Positions 62,579-64,000 of a stretch of 64,000 nucleotides of DNA are shown one piece after another. Within the stretch, counting starts at the first letter, position 1; the number at the start of each line of letters is the position of its first letter. The DNA is from Lingula anatina. Taxonomy: Eukaryota > Animalia > Brachiopoda. Under the pieces are notes generated by a model, which saw only the letters and a list, made by a program, of their open reading frames with translations, was not told where the DNA came from and did no database searches. The position numbers and the translations under genes were made by a program. The stretch lies in NCBI GenBank assembly GCA_051362555.1, contig CM120645.1, positions 1,426,001-1,490,000 of the forward strand, in the 5' to 3' direction.

Positions 62579-62886
62579 GTATATAAAGATCAGTACACAG
62601 TTAATCTATAAAAAAAAACTTCGTGGGTAATTATTTCTTATTAATTAATTAATTTATTTATTTTCATGCGTTATGTCGATTAATCACGTTTTATTCTCAA
62701 ATGACTGACATAAGTGTCATCAGGGGTCCATTTAAGATTATATTGACGATACTTAAAGAAATTTGGAAACATTAATTCAACCCCAGATAATAGCATAAAC
62801 AAAATCATTGTCAGTATGGACGACACGGATGTTGAACTTGCCAAGACTTGAAAATCATTATATCAAACACATTGCTAATAATACTG

Positions 62887-63500
62887 ATAAGATAAAACAT
62901 AATGCTTCATAACAATGCACATTGTTAATGATATTGATTAGATAAAAGACTACTTCGTAAAATTCTTTGTCTCACTAAAAAATATGAGGATTTTAAAATG
63001 ACTGTCTTTATGAACGTGCGTGTATTGGATAAAAGAAGAACATTCAGTGTTCACTGACTATGTTCGTTTTCATTAGCACAAGTGTTACGTTACCAATGAT
63101 GTAATAATTCCAATTATTACAATTCGCGGGTACATGAATGAAAATGCATAATAGGCTTCTCACATTTCTTTCTTTGATTTAGCATTGAAGATAAATGTTA
63201 GAAAGTAAGATAAAACAGAATTAATGCTTCATAACATTGTTTAATTGTCTCAGTAAAAAATATGAGGATTTTAAAATCACTGTTTTTATGAACGTGTTTT
63301 GGATAAAAGCAGAACATTCAGTGTTCACTGACTATGTTCCTATTCATTAGCACAAATGCTATGTTACCAATGATGTAATAATTACAATAATTACAATTCA
63401 CGGGTACATGAATAAAATTGCAAAATAGGCTTCTCACATTGCTTTCTTTGATTTAGCATTGAAGATAAATGTTACAACGTCAAACATTGCATTCATTATT
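62887..63500. repeat. Two tandem copies of about 300 bp
   Basis: aaaaaatatgaggattttaaaat...ttgatttagcattgaagataaatgtta occurs twice. Confidence 0.85.
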
Positions 63501-63585
63501 TTGCAAGAGCAACATTATATTATATTATATTATATTATATTATATTATATTATATTATATTATAGTATAGTATATTATATTTCAG

Positions 63586-63718
63586 AACAGCGCAGATATC
63601 ATATGGTTCACACTACAGGGCACTATGAGGGACCCCACTCTGAACAAGACCTACAGCGGTCTAGAGGAGTTGTTTCACTGGCAGAGGGGGTTCACAGTGG
63701 GACCAGACACAAACAGGG
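63586..63718 (+). CDS. Possible internal exon of an unidentified gene (3' boundary uncertain)
   Basis: tttcag acceptor; GC-richer open frame NSADIIWFTLQGTMRDPTLNKTYSGLEELFHWQRGF. Confidence 0.3.
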
Positions 63719-64000
63719 GTAATCTTACACAAGTTTGTGTTCAATACTGGCAAGTCAGGTGCAACGTTCTCAGTCCGCGGTACTAGTACTTTGAGGTAAA
63801 AAAAAAAAAAAAAACTAGTCCCTTTGTCGAGATTTGGAGACGTACAAGTCCACGGTGGATACCAGTGATTCGACTTTTTTCTATCAAACCACATACACCG
63901 TCACTCCACTCGACTGAGATGCAAACGGCCCCCAGTGCCCATCCTTTTTCATAAAAAATTGAAACCGATCCACCCAAACCTATATATTTACTAACTGGAA

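Overview
AT-rich, intron-containing eukaryotic DNA. The repeat and gene content suggest a marine invertebrate, probably a lophotrochozoan (inference). (1) 1-14003 is a near-perfect fold-back inverted duplication (arms 1-5965 and 7600-14003, spacer 5966-7599). It truncates a secreted mucin-repeat/SMB-like receptor gene of probable adhesion-GPCR type. (2) 21950-42812 on the minus strand holds a six-exon gene model with compatible splice phases (1259 aa). It joins a DZIP3-type HEPN-like domain, a NACHT NTPase, an S/T-rich linker and a NAL1-like trypsin-fold serine protease with an intact H-D-S triad. A 5'-damaged LRR exon lies about 5 kb further downstream. This NLR-with-C-terminal-protease architecture is the best candidate for a novel system. 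Its introns carry an intact L1/Tx1 LINE and an intron-containing Ginger relic with nested RTE, CMC/EnSpm-like and Penelope insertions; the Penelope repeat has a minimal hammerhead-like motif. (3) 43-59 kb is a nested transposon cluster: two P-like non-autonomous elements, a head-to-tail Kolobok-like dimer, EnSpm-like MITEs and LTR-like host sequence. All calls were made by eye; no searches were run.
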